Below, piece by piece: positions 33,707 through 46,896 of a stretch of DNA of 64,000 nt; positions within the stretch are counted from its first letter, which is position 1, and the number at the start of each line of letters is the position of its first letter. This DNA comes from Chrysomallon squamiferum (taxonomy: Eukaryota; Animalia; Mollusca): NCBI GenBank assembly GCA_012295275.1, contig CM022670.1, positions 20,956,001 through 21,020,000 of the forward strand. The letters are read 5' to 3'. A program made the position numbers and the translations under genes. The notes under the pieces are model-generated. The model was not told the origin of the DNA. It saw only the letters and a list, made by a program, of their open reading frames with translations, and did no database searches.

Positions 33707-35946
33707 GCTATTTACCCCTGTCTACAAGAGATACTAATCAGAAAGTATAATTTATTTTATATTCCAATTATTTATACATTCATTAAAAATAAAATAAAAG
33801 CATGTTAAGTAAATATTAAATATTTATCATATATCTCAAACTGCTCATCTTAATATATTTAGGTGATGATTATATTCCCTATTTCATCCCAATGGAAAAT
33901 GATGATTTACCATCACCTGAACCAGTAACAAATGATGATTTACAATCACTGGAAACAGTAAAAAATGATGATTTATCATCACTGGAACCTGTGAAAGATT
34001 GTGATGAACTTCTGTCAAATGAAGAAGATGCAGTGACATACAGTGAAAGTAGGTAGTAACTGGACATTAGATATTTATTTTTGTCTTAATTTCTCTTTGA
34101 ATATTTCCTCTAACCCTGATAACATAACAATACAGTATTAAATTCTTTAGAACTTACATGTTATTAATCGATAGAATTATTTATTTATTGTCATTTCATT
34201 CACTCTTATCCTACCTTTCTTACTATTACTACTACTACTAAAACTACTACTACCATTACTACTATTACTAATACCTCTACCAATATCACAAAAAAAAAAA
34301 AAAAAATACTATTAATGTTGTTATTAATTACTTTACTTATTGTTATAATCATTTATTTTTTCTTCATTACTAATGTTTATGGATTTCATTTTTTATTATT
34401 TTTTAATTTTTTTATGTTGTATTTGCATTGGAATGTAGAAGAAGATGAATTTGATCCTGTGACAGCAAAGGCAACTCTTATAATTTGTCCACTTTCTGTG
34501 CTGGATATCTGGAAGGTGATTTTTTTCCTCCTTTGATTTAGTTTCACTTTACATATAAGCATTTCTCTAGTCAAAGATGTAATTTAGATACAGCACTATG
34601 AATCTAGCATTATAATTCAACAAAGAAAAAAAACAAAAACAATCACGGATTAAGTCACAAAACCAGCTTTCAAGCTAGCACTGAACAAAATATCATGCAG
34701 TTAAAATGTTACAACTTTTTATAGAAATAACAGCATGTGTTTGCTGTTGTTTTTTTTTTTTATCTGGAATAGTTTACAGTAATTAGACCTTCATATTTCA
34801 ATCAGCTTACAATAAATTTGTTACTGATACATCCTGTTGTGCTTGCTGTGTATCTCTACGTTTGGTGATATGTAAATTTTGTCAAGATTAGATCATATGT
34901 CATCACTGTCCTAAAATAAAACTGAACATCATAAATATCATACAATGCAATGTATTGAAATAATTTATCTTTCCTATTTATTTTTTTTATTATTTTTTTT
35001 TTTTTTAATAGTTTGTAATAAAACAACTATAATGTTAAATTTTGACCTTTGACTGAGACAGTTGGACAACCCTGCTTTGATAGTTTAGAAATTTGTTCTT
35101 TTAACAGATGGAGATAGAGGAACATGTTCATCCTGATGTCCATCTTAATGTTTACACATACCAAGGAACAATGCGTTCGAGTGAAATTCTTGCAAACCAA
35201 GATATAGTTTTTACAACATATGGTACAGTGACATCTGATTTCAAGAGAAGAAGTGTATGGGACTCTTTTTTTGTGATATCTCTGATAATATTTCTTTATT
35301 TATATTTTGTTTTTATTTTTTGTTTCTTTCTTTATTTATTTATTTGTATTTTTCTTTATTTCTTTGTGTTTTTGTTTGCCTAGTTTTTCTTTATTGAAAA
35401 TGACATGTTCAAAATATATAAGCACTAGTTTTGCATATATTAAATTTTATTTTATGTGTTATTTACTTACCTATTCAATATATTAAACTATATGTAATCC
35501 TTGTTTTCCCATGAAGCCAAAACAAAGCTAAGATGTCAGACATATATCTAACTACATGTACATCTCTAAACTCTAAGCATACAGTATTTACCTATAAAAC
35601 TAAACATGACACATACCAAACTTAAAAACTGGGTTTGTTCTCATACATCATAGCAGCAGCTGCAAAGAAGCCCAAATGGCAATGTCCATGAAAGTGTGAG
35701 ATGGCAATAGTTCAGTGTCACAAAGTTGTATCAGGAGAGATTGTCTGCAGTTATGCTTGCATTACTAATAAGCAATGGATGTCTTTGGACACAGTGCAGT
35801 GAGTCAGTACAGGAAAATTGAAACTGGCTTCAGTCATGTCTGAAACACCTGAGCTGCAGTCTATCAAACACACACACATACACACAACCACACACACATA
35901 TACACAAATGAGCTGCAGTCTATCATATACATATACAAATGAACTG

Positions 35947-36046
<100 letters not shown>

Positions 36047-39000
36047 CATACACACACTCACACACACACACACACAGAGAGAGAAAAAAGTATGATCCTA
36101 ATCAGTAAAATGTTTTTGTTTTTATAGCAGAAAACTCATACAATACTAGACGTCCCTTGGCTGCGTGTGATCCTTGATGAAGGTCACTTGATTAGAAATT
36201 CCTCCACTAACAGGGCAAAGGCAGTTAAAGAGCTGAAAGCAGAGAGAAAATGGATTCTGACAGGTACCAGCAACAGATTCTTTGATTTATATACCATAAT
36301 AATAGATTAATGAACAAATGAATAAACTAATCAAATGAAAGATATTTTATTATTATTACTAATGCTTGGCACCAAAATTTGTGGTTATTGTAAAGAAAGA
36401 TTGAAAAAACTGAAATGCTGTCTACATCCAATAGGTTAGTCCAACTGACTGGCTGTCTGTTGTAACATTATAACATAAAATCACTAATATATTCTGTTCT
36501 ATGTATATAAACAAAACATGGGGTTAGCACTCAGGACCTGTTTGAAGGTACAGTGTGTTCTAGATGACACTGAGACGTGGCAAATAAATGAATATCAAAT
36601 AAATAGACAGTGACACTGAAAACACTTCAAATTTGATAGCTATTATATGTCCAACGTAATCATAACAATGATGAATATGAACACAGATGCACACATATGC
36701 ATACACACATAAACACAAACACACACTCACAACCAAATAACATACATACACCCATAACTGTTTTTATTTTAAGTAGTGCTGTGCTTTTTTTCTACCCAGG
36801 CACACCCATTCAGAACTCCATTCATGACTTGGGATCTCTTCTGAGTTTTCTAAACATTCCACTGTTGATAGATTCTGTGTTGTGGAGAGATGCTATAGCG
36901 ATACCAATTGAAAGGGGAGACACATCTGCACTTAAGTAAGTGACCATCCAGTACACTAACTATTCCAGTCAAACAAGAAGGGATGTTCGATTAAATGACA
37001 GTTTCTTTTTTATCTTTTTTTATAAAGTCGTATGACGAAAGACAACACAGATAAAGAAAGAAGAAGTCTGCCTCTACAGAATATTTCCTCATTTGATATG
37101 TGCTCTGAAACTTGTAAATATTGTGGAATTTATTCCTGGCATTTGTAATTTACTGAAATATTAAATATTTTATAAAAATATTTCTAATATCAGTCTGTTA
37201 TATTTTCAGCAATAAATGTAAAATAATTTTTTTTTTTTTTTTTAAACATTTGATCAATATCTATTTTGGAATACTATTATTATTATTATATTTTATGTTT
37301 ATAGATGCATACATATATATGCTTTATTTTGAATTGTTATTATTTTTAAAGTTATGATGAAATTGTTTGCCTGTCTGTCCTCTATAGACATGTACAACAC
37401 TTACTGGCCAACATAGCAATGAGAAGAACAAAAAACCAGAAGGTGGATGGCAAACCACTGGTTCAGCTTCCTAACAAGACAGAAATCACAGAAAGAATAA
37501 AGTTCTCAGAAGAGGAGAGAAATATCTACAATCGCATGTATACAGAAGGAAGAAAGATGATCAGACAGTTCAGTAATATGTAATATAAAACAAAAGATAA
37601 AATAAGTTCTGAATATCTATTTAAATGTTATTTCTAAAGTATCTATTAGCAGATTTAATTTTTACTAATTTTAAATTTTTACTCATTTTTAAACTTGTAT
37701 GTCTATGATCTTAGTTACTTTGTTAGCATAAACTATGAATTATTTTCTGATTTCATAAGTATACATTTTATCTTTTCTTTTCTTTTTTCTTTTTTTTTAA
37801 AGGCATTTTGAAAACAACACTGTGCTCTCTAACTTTACTGACATTTTTTATGTCCTACTACGCCTTCGTCAGATCTGTTGTCACATTTGGCTGAATGCTG
37901 AACTGAAACATTTAACACAAGGTAAAAAGTACAGTATGTACCAGGTACCAAGGCAGACATGTAAAAAAGTGGTTGTTTGTTACTGGTCATCCTTTTTTAA
38001 ATGCTCTGCAAGGATTGCTCACCCCAAAAGTTTTTATATGTCTAAATTATTGATGCCATTATATATATACAGATACATATGCCTGTTTGTTTCAGTGTAT
38101 TTGTATTTGTGTGTTTGTGTGTGCAAACATGTGCATCTGTGTGTGTGTGAATGTGTGTGTGTGTGTGTGTTTGTGTGTGTGCATACATGCTTGAATCCAT
38201 GTGTGTCTCTGTCTGTTCATCCATTCTTCGGTCCATGTACTTGTAGGCCTGTAATTTATGTATATGTTATATAATAAGTAGATGGATCAAATGACAGTGA
38301 AGATGAAAAAACAAGAAGAAAAGCAATAGCTATCCTGAAATCGGGATATGATGAAGAATGTTCAGTTTGTTTGGATAGAATTTAACTCCCCTGTTGTCAC
38401 ACGTTGTGCCCATATCTTCTGTTGCAAATGTATTCAAGATGTCATTGACACAGAAAAGGTCTGTTCCTCTAGTAGAAACATTTTGTTGTTTTTCTTGTAA
38501 AGTTTTATAACACTAGTGTATAATAACTAATGTAAAGTGTGATAAATTATCCTTTCATTCGTTTATTTTTCACCTTCTCCTTTTTTAAATATATATCAGT
38601 TAGTTAGGTACAGTTATACATGTAAAACAATTTGCAAACAAAAACAAAAACAAAAATTAATCAAAGCAAAAATAACAGCATAAATCAGCTGAATTTTATT
38701 TAAAACCTTAAATATCTTATCTTAGATAATATAAACAATTAAATAAATTTAAGACATACTTCACTGGAGGATCAGTTAAATAATTTTATGGATAATTAAA
38801 TCTTCTTTTCCATTATTTATTGTTTATTACCACCCTGTGTGTAAATGTCTTTTTGCCATTCAGGTATGTTTTAAAACACATATTTATGTTTTGCAGCCCA
38901 ATGCAACATGTCCACTGTGTAGAAAAGTTTTAAGCCAGAAAGATTTGATTGAGGTCAACCTGGATGATGATGAAACACCCTTTGTCATTCCAGATAATTG

Positions 39001-40174
39001 GAAATCAAGTTCCAAGGTATTTCAGATATTTCTAGACAATCTCATTCTTAGTAAACGTTTTTTGTTTTAGATTATTTTAAAATCCAGTAATCTAGAATGT
39101 TATTTGCAGACCAGATGTTCCGAGCTAGAGGTCTGTAAGAGGTTATATACAAAGAAAATATGTTAATATGTTAATATATACAATTATTCATTTACACAAA
39201 ATATTTTACGCATTCTGCAACAGTAAAAAGATTAGTAACAAACTGTGATACTGTAGACACCAACTATGATAATTTAGACACTGACTATAGTATTCTACTC
39301 ATTGACTATGGTATTCTTGGTTTGACTATCATATCCTGGACTAGAGCTTAACCATTTTCAAACAGTGTTAAGTTGGAATGCTCACCAAACTTATACTTAA
39401 ACGTCATATATAAAATTTAAAATAAAAGTGCCATTAGTGACTCATTGATCAGCCATGATTTTGACTTCTGCTTTTCTGTTCACAGTATGTTGAATTATAA
39501 GACAATCTCCAATATACGGTACCATTATTTCATTATTTCATTAATTATTTTTTAATCTGATTCATGGATATTGTTTACTTCTGCCATACTTAATTTGTCT
39601 GGCCATTAGACAGCAAAACCAACAGGTTCTGAAGAATTGTCATATGAGAAACCTTCCAAATATAAAAATAGTTAACAAGAATACATGTCTTGTACTTTAA
39701 AGCATAGTTTAAAATAATAGTAAATATCTTTGAGTAAATATTTAATTTAATTGTGGGTTTTTTTCAGATTGATGCTCTGATGAAATCACTGATCAAACTG
39801 CGAGAGGAAGATGCCAAAATAAAAAGTGTGGTTGTCTCTCAATTCACCACATTTCTTGACCTCATAGAAATACCCCTACGGTAAAATATTACTTTTACTA
39901 ATGTTAATTCTACCACTACTCCTACAACTATTACTGCTGCTACTACTACCAGTAATAGTATTATTATTACTGATAACAACAACAGTAACAATAATAACAA
40001 TATAAAAATGACCACAAGCAACAATTGCAATAATAATAATGTTCATTTTAGTTTGTTTTACTTGTAAAGGAACTTTTCAATGATAAACTACAGATTTCAT
40101 TTCTTGCACAAACAGTAGAAAAATTAATGTTTGTACATAAATATTTTTCATCGTCATGATGCAGACATATTTTT

Positions 40175-40445
40175 CCATTTTTGGGACAAAACTCTCAATG
40201 TGATGCTTCCACATCTTTCTGTCTTACACTATCCTCTGCCAGGTGTTTACTTTCCAGTACACAACCAGTCCAATCATCCACTGGCTTCCTCTAAAATCAT
40301 TTGCATTTATAGGCTTTCCACTTGGTGATATACATTGACCATTGCTTTTCTTGTATTCTGTTAATGTTCCCTGCCAAAGTCCACTTCCATCTTCTAACCT
40401 GATCACATCCATCACCTTTGTTTTCTTTCTTACCAAGATGTTTGC
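40175..40445 (-). mobile_element. Decayed 3' fragment of a non-LTR retrotransposon (RTE-like LINE ORF C-terminus)
   Basis: Minus-strand frames join as VRKKTKVMDVIR..RWKWTLAGNINRIQEKQWSMYITKWKP..FRG..TWQRIV*DRKMWKHHIESFV. This matches the typical RTE C-terminal pattern (KWxWAGH..RW..W.P..RGR..W...AQDR..W) and contains stops and frameshifts. Confidence 0.75.
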
Positions 40446-42394
40446 TTACTGGTCCAGATATGTAAAATTTAACATACTTTTTTGTGTTTATTTCAGACAA
40501 AATGGTTTTAAGTTTGGACGTCATGATGGTAAAATGAAACCAGCAGCTCGAACAAAAGCCATCCAGACTTTCATGGATGAATCTCCTGATTCACCAACCA
40601 TTTTCCTTTTGTCCTTGACAGCTGGAGGACTTGGCCTCAATCTGATAGCAGCTTCCAGAATGTTTGTAATGGATCCAGTGAGTAGAAGTTCAGAAATTAC
40701 ATGTTTATGTCATAAATACTTTTTTCATGTATAATCACCATCTGTTCAGTGCACAGACTATCTTAGGTCAGTAAACATCTGTAATTTTTGTAACTGATAG
40801 GCTTAGTGTATAAATTAACAAATTAGCCATGGACTAATGTTTACCAAAAGTGTTTAATAAAATCAGCAGATGTTAAAAGTTCAGTGATATCATTTTTCAC
40901 AAATAATTAACAAAAATAAGTTTTCTTCATTTTTTTTACTTTCTTTTTTTAGATACTGAAAATGTGTTTGAAAATGTGATGAATAGAAACATTTGGTCAA
41001 ACAAGCAATACTGTTTATTTTAAAGAATGATTATACCAGACATCATTATCATAACTTAAATGATATCTTGATGAGAATTTTTACAGAATGATGATCTAAA
41101 TTGTAAACATCTGATAAATGAACATTAAAATCAGAATTTCTTTTAATTTTGAAATTTAAGCTTGTGATACTCTAGATTATTACAGTCATGGTAACATTTT
41201 ATTTTAATGATTTTTAATTAGAATAATTAGATAGGATTATTAAGTTCTTAGAAGATTCAAGCTTCAAAGCCAACTAATTCATTAGAAATGCATTTCTCAG
41301 TCTAGTCTGTGCTTTTCATTTAAAATTTTTACCTGCAGGCTTGGAATCCTGCTGCTGAAAATCAGTGCTATGACAGAATATACAGAATTGGGCAGAAAAA
41401 TGACGTCATCATTACAAAGGTTAGTGAGAAGCTATTGTTTGATGATGTCTGTTTGATGCAGTATTTAAGAATGAATATTTCATCAGACAGAGCAAAGATG
41501 TCGGCATAAATTCAAATTTAAAACACACAGATATTTTAGTTTAAATTTCATATTTTTTGTCTGATTTCTTTTAATATAGGATACATGAGTTTAGTTTATT
41601 TTTTATTATGTTACAGTGCTAGCCTGGAGAAAATGTTCTAATATTTGTAAACCAAACATGACATCTATCTGTTTTTATCAAATAAAGAAGTATACCTAAA
41701 CCTTCTAGAGTTCTTGTTTTATCATAAACAATAAACACTTGCTACATGTCATTTAATGGTTATATCTGAGTTGAAATGTCATTCACAAGAAACGTTTCAT
41801 TCCACTGTTGTCTCTTGAACAATTAATTCATTCAAATGACTGATCCTGGTTTATAGTTAAACATTTGTTTTTATACTTCCAAGGTTCACTGGATGACCAA
41901 GTCGTTGTTGTAATTCTTGTTTTGAGAGTAAAGATTAATAAATTGTGTCAGTAATGTAAGATGATTGCTAGAATTTCCCTTCACTCTTGGTTTACTCACT
42001 TTCATGTGTTATAGAGAAATGAAGAAAAAAATTGTAATAAATAAAAAAATCCTTTAAATTGCACATATCTGCCTATGAGTTGTCTTTTTTCTTTCTTTTT
42101 TTAATCTAAGGTAGATAAATATAATAATGTCAATTAAAATCTGGTCTTAACAAAGTCAGAAAAAAAAAGTTTCAGTTCAGTTTCATAATGATTCATTGAC
42201 TTTGATTTATTTTCTTAATTATATATATTTTTTTTATTTCCAGTTTATAGTTGAGGACTCTATTGAGGAGAGGATGTGTGCTCTTCAGGAAAAGAAACGT
42301 GAGCTGATGAAGGGAGTTTTCAAAATCCAGACAAATAAAGAAAGAAGATCTGATATGATTGCATTCATCAGATCTCTTCTTAACTTGTAGCTCA

Positions 42395-42560
42395 CAGACT
42401 CAGAGACATTGTTATTTTGTAAATCAGTGAATCAGAGACATTGTTATTTTGTAAATCACAGAATCAGAGACATCTTTATTAAATGCTAAAGCCTTTCTTG
42501 TAAGTAAGCGAATCAGACAGACTGTTATTTTGTAAATCATAGAATCAGAAATATGTTACT
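42395..42560. repeat. Degenerate ~33-bp tandem repeat between the HLTF-like and EXOSC8 stop codons
   Basis: Recurring gaatcagagacattgttattttgtaaatca units. Confidence 0.8.
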
Positions 42561-42663
42561 GCAGGTGATTTAGAAAAAATGAAAATGAACTGTGAAGGAT
42601 AGATGTGCAAAAAGTGAATATAGGCAACTATAAAATAAACAAAAAAAAAAAAAACATTTATTG

Positions 42664-43925
42664 TCATCTTTCAACAGACTGAAGTGTTTCATTAAGCAGT
42701 TTGAGAACCTCATTACTACGGACACCTGCTCTTTCAATGCACATCTGGATTTGGTCATCAGTCATTGGGCTGCCTCCTGAAATTTAATTTAATAAAATAA
42801 TAGTTTAAAAAAATAACAACATAGCTAATTTTTATCACTAGAAATGTAATGTAATGTAATGCTTTTAAAAAAAAAAAAAAAAAAAAATGTTGTCTGCAAC
42901 ATTCAGATTATATTTTAATTAAAGTTGCTGTGTGGAAATTAATGTGACAACTCATTCTTGCTGTAAACACTGCAGACCTCTGTTAAATACATGAATGAAA
43001 CTTTTGTTTGTGCATCAGTTAAACAAATTTTATTTTGGCACAACTGTTTTATCATTAAAAAAAGAAAGCAACCCAAAAATGTTAGAAAATATATGGTCTA
43101 AATAATAGAATATTGATTTCTACAGCCCTGAATTAAAACATTATAAAACATCTTCAAAATAATTTCATATACCCAGATATACAAACATGACTTTTATTTT
43201 TTTATTTTTTATTTTTTAAAGATTTATATTTAAAGAATACCATTACCAAATTAAAAGACAAACTGTTAACTTAAAATAATCACTATTTGTTTTTTTTTTG
43301 TTTTTTTTTAAAGCTATTTTAAAATTAAAACAAATTGAGACAATTCTTTACCTGGTTTGTGTACCATACACAGCCTGTTTTCAGCTGTGATGACTGTTAT
43401 CACTCCTGTAGCAAGAATCTCCTCTTCGTCTGTCGGATCAACAATTAGCACCTGACTGCAACGAGATAAATATAAATATATTTTAAATCTGTTTTAATAT
43501 TTCATAAAATGAGTGGACGATCAATCTTACACACTCAATTAGAAAATAAACTTGAAAGAAGAAACCTTTTAAACAATTACTGAATAAATAATTGAATTAA
43601 TGTTTAACATAATAACAACATTTTTTTTTTTCAACAGTTATTTAAATTTTTCTAAATAGTGAACAGTCACAGTCCCTGCATAAAAAAAAATTTTAAAAAA
43701 ATATCACTGGCCTTTTTTATTATGTTACTTAAATGGCTAGGAGAATTATAATTTTAAAAAATAAAAAATAAAAAGATTAATATAACTAACTCATCAAATA
43801 TAGCAAATGTTGTAGATACAGGGTCTGAATGAACCTGAAGGGGTTTCATCTTGTCAAGTTTTGTTTCAATGGCATCTGTTTCTTCATTTACCTCTATTGT
43901 TGGCAGGAGGGCTGTAAAAAAAAAA

Positions 43926-43965
<40 letters not shown>

Positions 43966-46652
43966 TAAAAACACACACTAACAGATCATATCAAAAATAA
44001 AATAAATAAAAAATAGTATATATAATTCTGTTAACAATCTAATGAAGTAACAGTATTAATAATGATGAGAATGGATGTTAACAATAAATATAATAAAAGC
44101 AATGGTTTTATTGTATGTTTTTGAAGTTACTCACTGTTTCTGAAAGCTGCCAGCAGAGCTAGAACACAAGCATCTGTAACATTTCCATCATAATTTAGAC
44201 AAATCAGATCTGCATGAAGAACCCACACTAGCTATAAACATAAATAAATAGAAAATAAATATTTAAGTAAAATAAATAAATATAAAAATAAATATCACAT
44301 TATGATTTTCACCAGTTAACAGATCATATTAAAAATTTGTGCTATTAATAAACAAAATGAAATAAACTATTGAATGAATCACATAATTAAAAACAAATGT
44401 TAAAAGTAATATACAACACACACACATATATACAAATACAGATTTGTAACAACATTTCAAGAACTCAGTCTGTTTTTAATTATTTGCTTTATTACAACTT
44501 ATTCTTGTTTTCCATTTTTATTTTGTTTTGTGCATATATTAGATATACACTTACATTTTGAATAAATTTGCATTAGTATAGGATTCTGTGGTGTGGGTGT
44601 GGGTGTGTGTCTGTGTATCTGTATATCTGTATGTTAGTGTATACACACATAGCAAAAATATATTCACCTTTCCAGGAACAACACAGAGATCTTCTAAATG
44701 CACACACTGTGAACTGAAACAGTTGAAAACAAAATTAAACAGAAGTTTATGAAACTATAAATATCATCATTTCTAACTGTTATATGAACCATATCCATTT
44801 TTCAAATATCTACCAATCATTTATTATATACTTATAACCAACAAATGCATTTAGAAACTGGCTCATTGACACAATTCTAATATAAACAAATATTTCAACA
44901 TTGTATACATGTCTTACTTTTTTATAACTTCAGCCATAAAGTGGCTCATCACCTGAGCTTGTTCACCAGGTGGTCCAGGTCGAAAATGAGGTGAACATAG
45001 CGGAGACAATTCTACATTTGGCACTGAAAGAGTAAAAACTAGAGTTGTCAAACATCAACCTTTCTTAACTCACATATTTTTAGTGCTCTGTTCAGGTAAA
45101 TGTAAATTCAAATTTAAAATGTAATCACTGAAGAAGTTTTGATATAATTAATAGTTGTCAAAGATAATGCTATTCAAAAAAACTTTCTTTAACATCTTTT
45201 ACCATTAAATTATTTTTGTTCCACGTTTTGGTTACATTTAAGTTACTATTAATTCATGTAGTTTAAATTTAATATAAATTAAAAACAAAAATGGAAAATT
45301 ATGTGTAGATCTATAAGGACAAAATAATTTCATTTTACCTACAAATCCTTTTTTTGGTTCTTCAGGTTTAGGAGTAGCTAATTCCTATAAAATATAAGAA
45401 ATAATAATAATAATGCACAATTTCATTACATTTTACATACATATGTGTAATTGACATCAATGAACACATTGGACGCAAAAGGAATTAATGAATCCAGAAC
45501 ATAAAAAAAAAAACCCAAAAAACAAAAAACAGTGTATGTAATAATAATAATAATAAAAATAAAAAATCCACTCACTGCTTTTATTCCACACATTACAGTT
45601 GTATTTCCAAATCTGATTAGTGATGACCCTTCAGCAGTGGAAATACTACCTTAAAAACATAAAATTGGAAACATTATGTGTATAGAGACATGTTTGTCAA
45701 ATCATCCTTAATGAATTTGATCAATTAAAAAAGAACATGCTGGTGTTTAAAATTAAGTCACTGAGTTCTTGGCCGCATACTGAAATATCATCATAACCTG
45801 CATTCCAAATGAAATTTAAATCAACCTGCATGAATAAATTAGAAATTATATACTTAGTAAATGTCTACATCCAACATATTTTCAAATAAAATATTTAAGC
45901 ATGATGGAAATTTATTTTTTCTCGTCCGTTTTTGTAAAAGGCCATTCCTGTTCCTTGTTAATAATAAACAACACTAAATAAAATGCTATTATTTTTATTC
46001 ATAAATATATTTTTGCATAGGTCATTAGATGAAATAATGATATAAATAAAACAATTAACATACCAATATTCAAAACTGTTGGACGAAATTCTTCTAACTC
46101 TCTGCCATCTGGTCGTACATCTTTCTCCTAACAAATAATCAAACAATCATAACAGAAGTAATAAATCTGTTCCATTAGTCTCAAATTTAAGATATGCTTC
46201 AAATCTTTATTTGGCATAATTAATGTCACTGTGAAAAAAATTTTAATGTGATCAAATTTGCAAATACTGACATATGTCAGTAAAATAAGAATTGTTCAGA
46301 ATTATTTTTTCCATTCATTTTGAAATATTCACAAGTACAATTACGATTTCACGAAAAAAATTATAATAATTTGCTTACAAGAAACTTTCTGTAGTATTCT
46401 TTGGGTTGTGCAGTCCTGAAAAATAATTTAAAAAATGATAAATCTTTTTATGGTAAAACAGTATGTGTAAATTATAATACACTGCATAATATATACATTG
46501 ATACAGCTAATATATAACACATTAACAATAATGTCAGATAGTGAGAGTGAGACACATCATAATCGAATCATACAATCGTAACAATGTTACATTGATCCGT
46601 AGGATTAATATCCGATTATCAGATTGCACTGACATGACGATAATCAGAATGA

Positions 46653-46704
<52 letters not shown>

Positions 46705-46896
46705 TCGTAATCGTTAAATGATTTATTAAATGTTTGATGTTGTTTTCTTTTTCTTTTCTTTTTTTTTAATAACAAAAAAGATAAAGTTGACACTGAACAT
46801 TTTCAGTTAAGAATGATAAAGTGAAAAATTGTTTTGAAATCGCAAAATGGATTATTTAAATCATAGCACGTTTTCTTACTTGAAATCGACAGCCAT
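42664..46896 (-). CDS. EXOSC8: Exosome complex component RRP43 (RNase PH-like ring subunit)
   Basis: 11 exons: 46880-46896, 46379-46415, 46064-46127, 45576-45649, 45339-45384, 44918-45023, 44668-44713, 44135-44231, 43791-43911, 43352-43455, 42664-42776. Translation [65 protein letters not shown]...[24 protein letters not shown]...[17 protein letters not shown]...[10 protein letters not shown]...HKPGG closely follows EXOSC8 as I recall it, including intron positions. The frame is intact. Confidence 0.96.
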
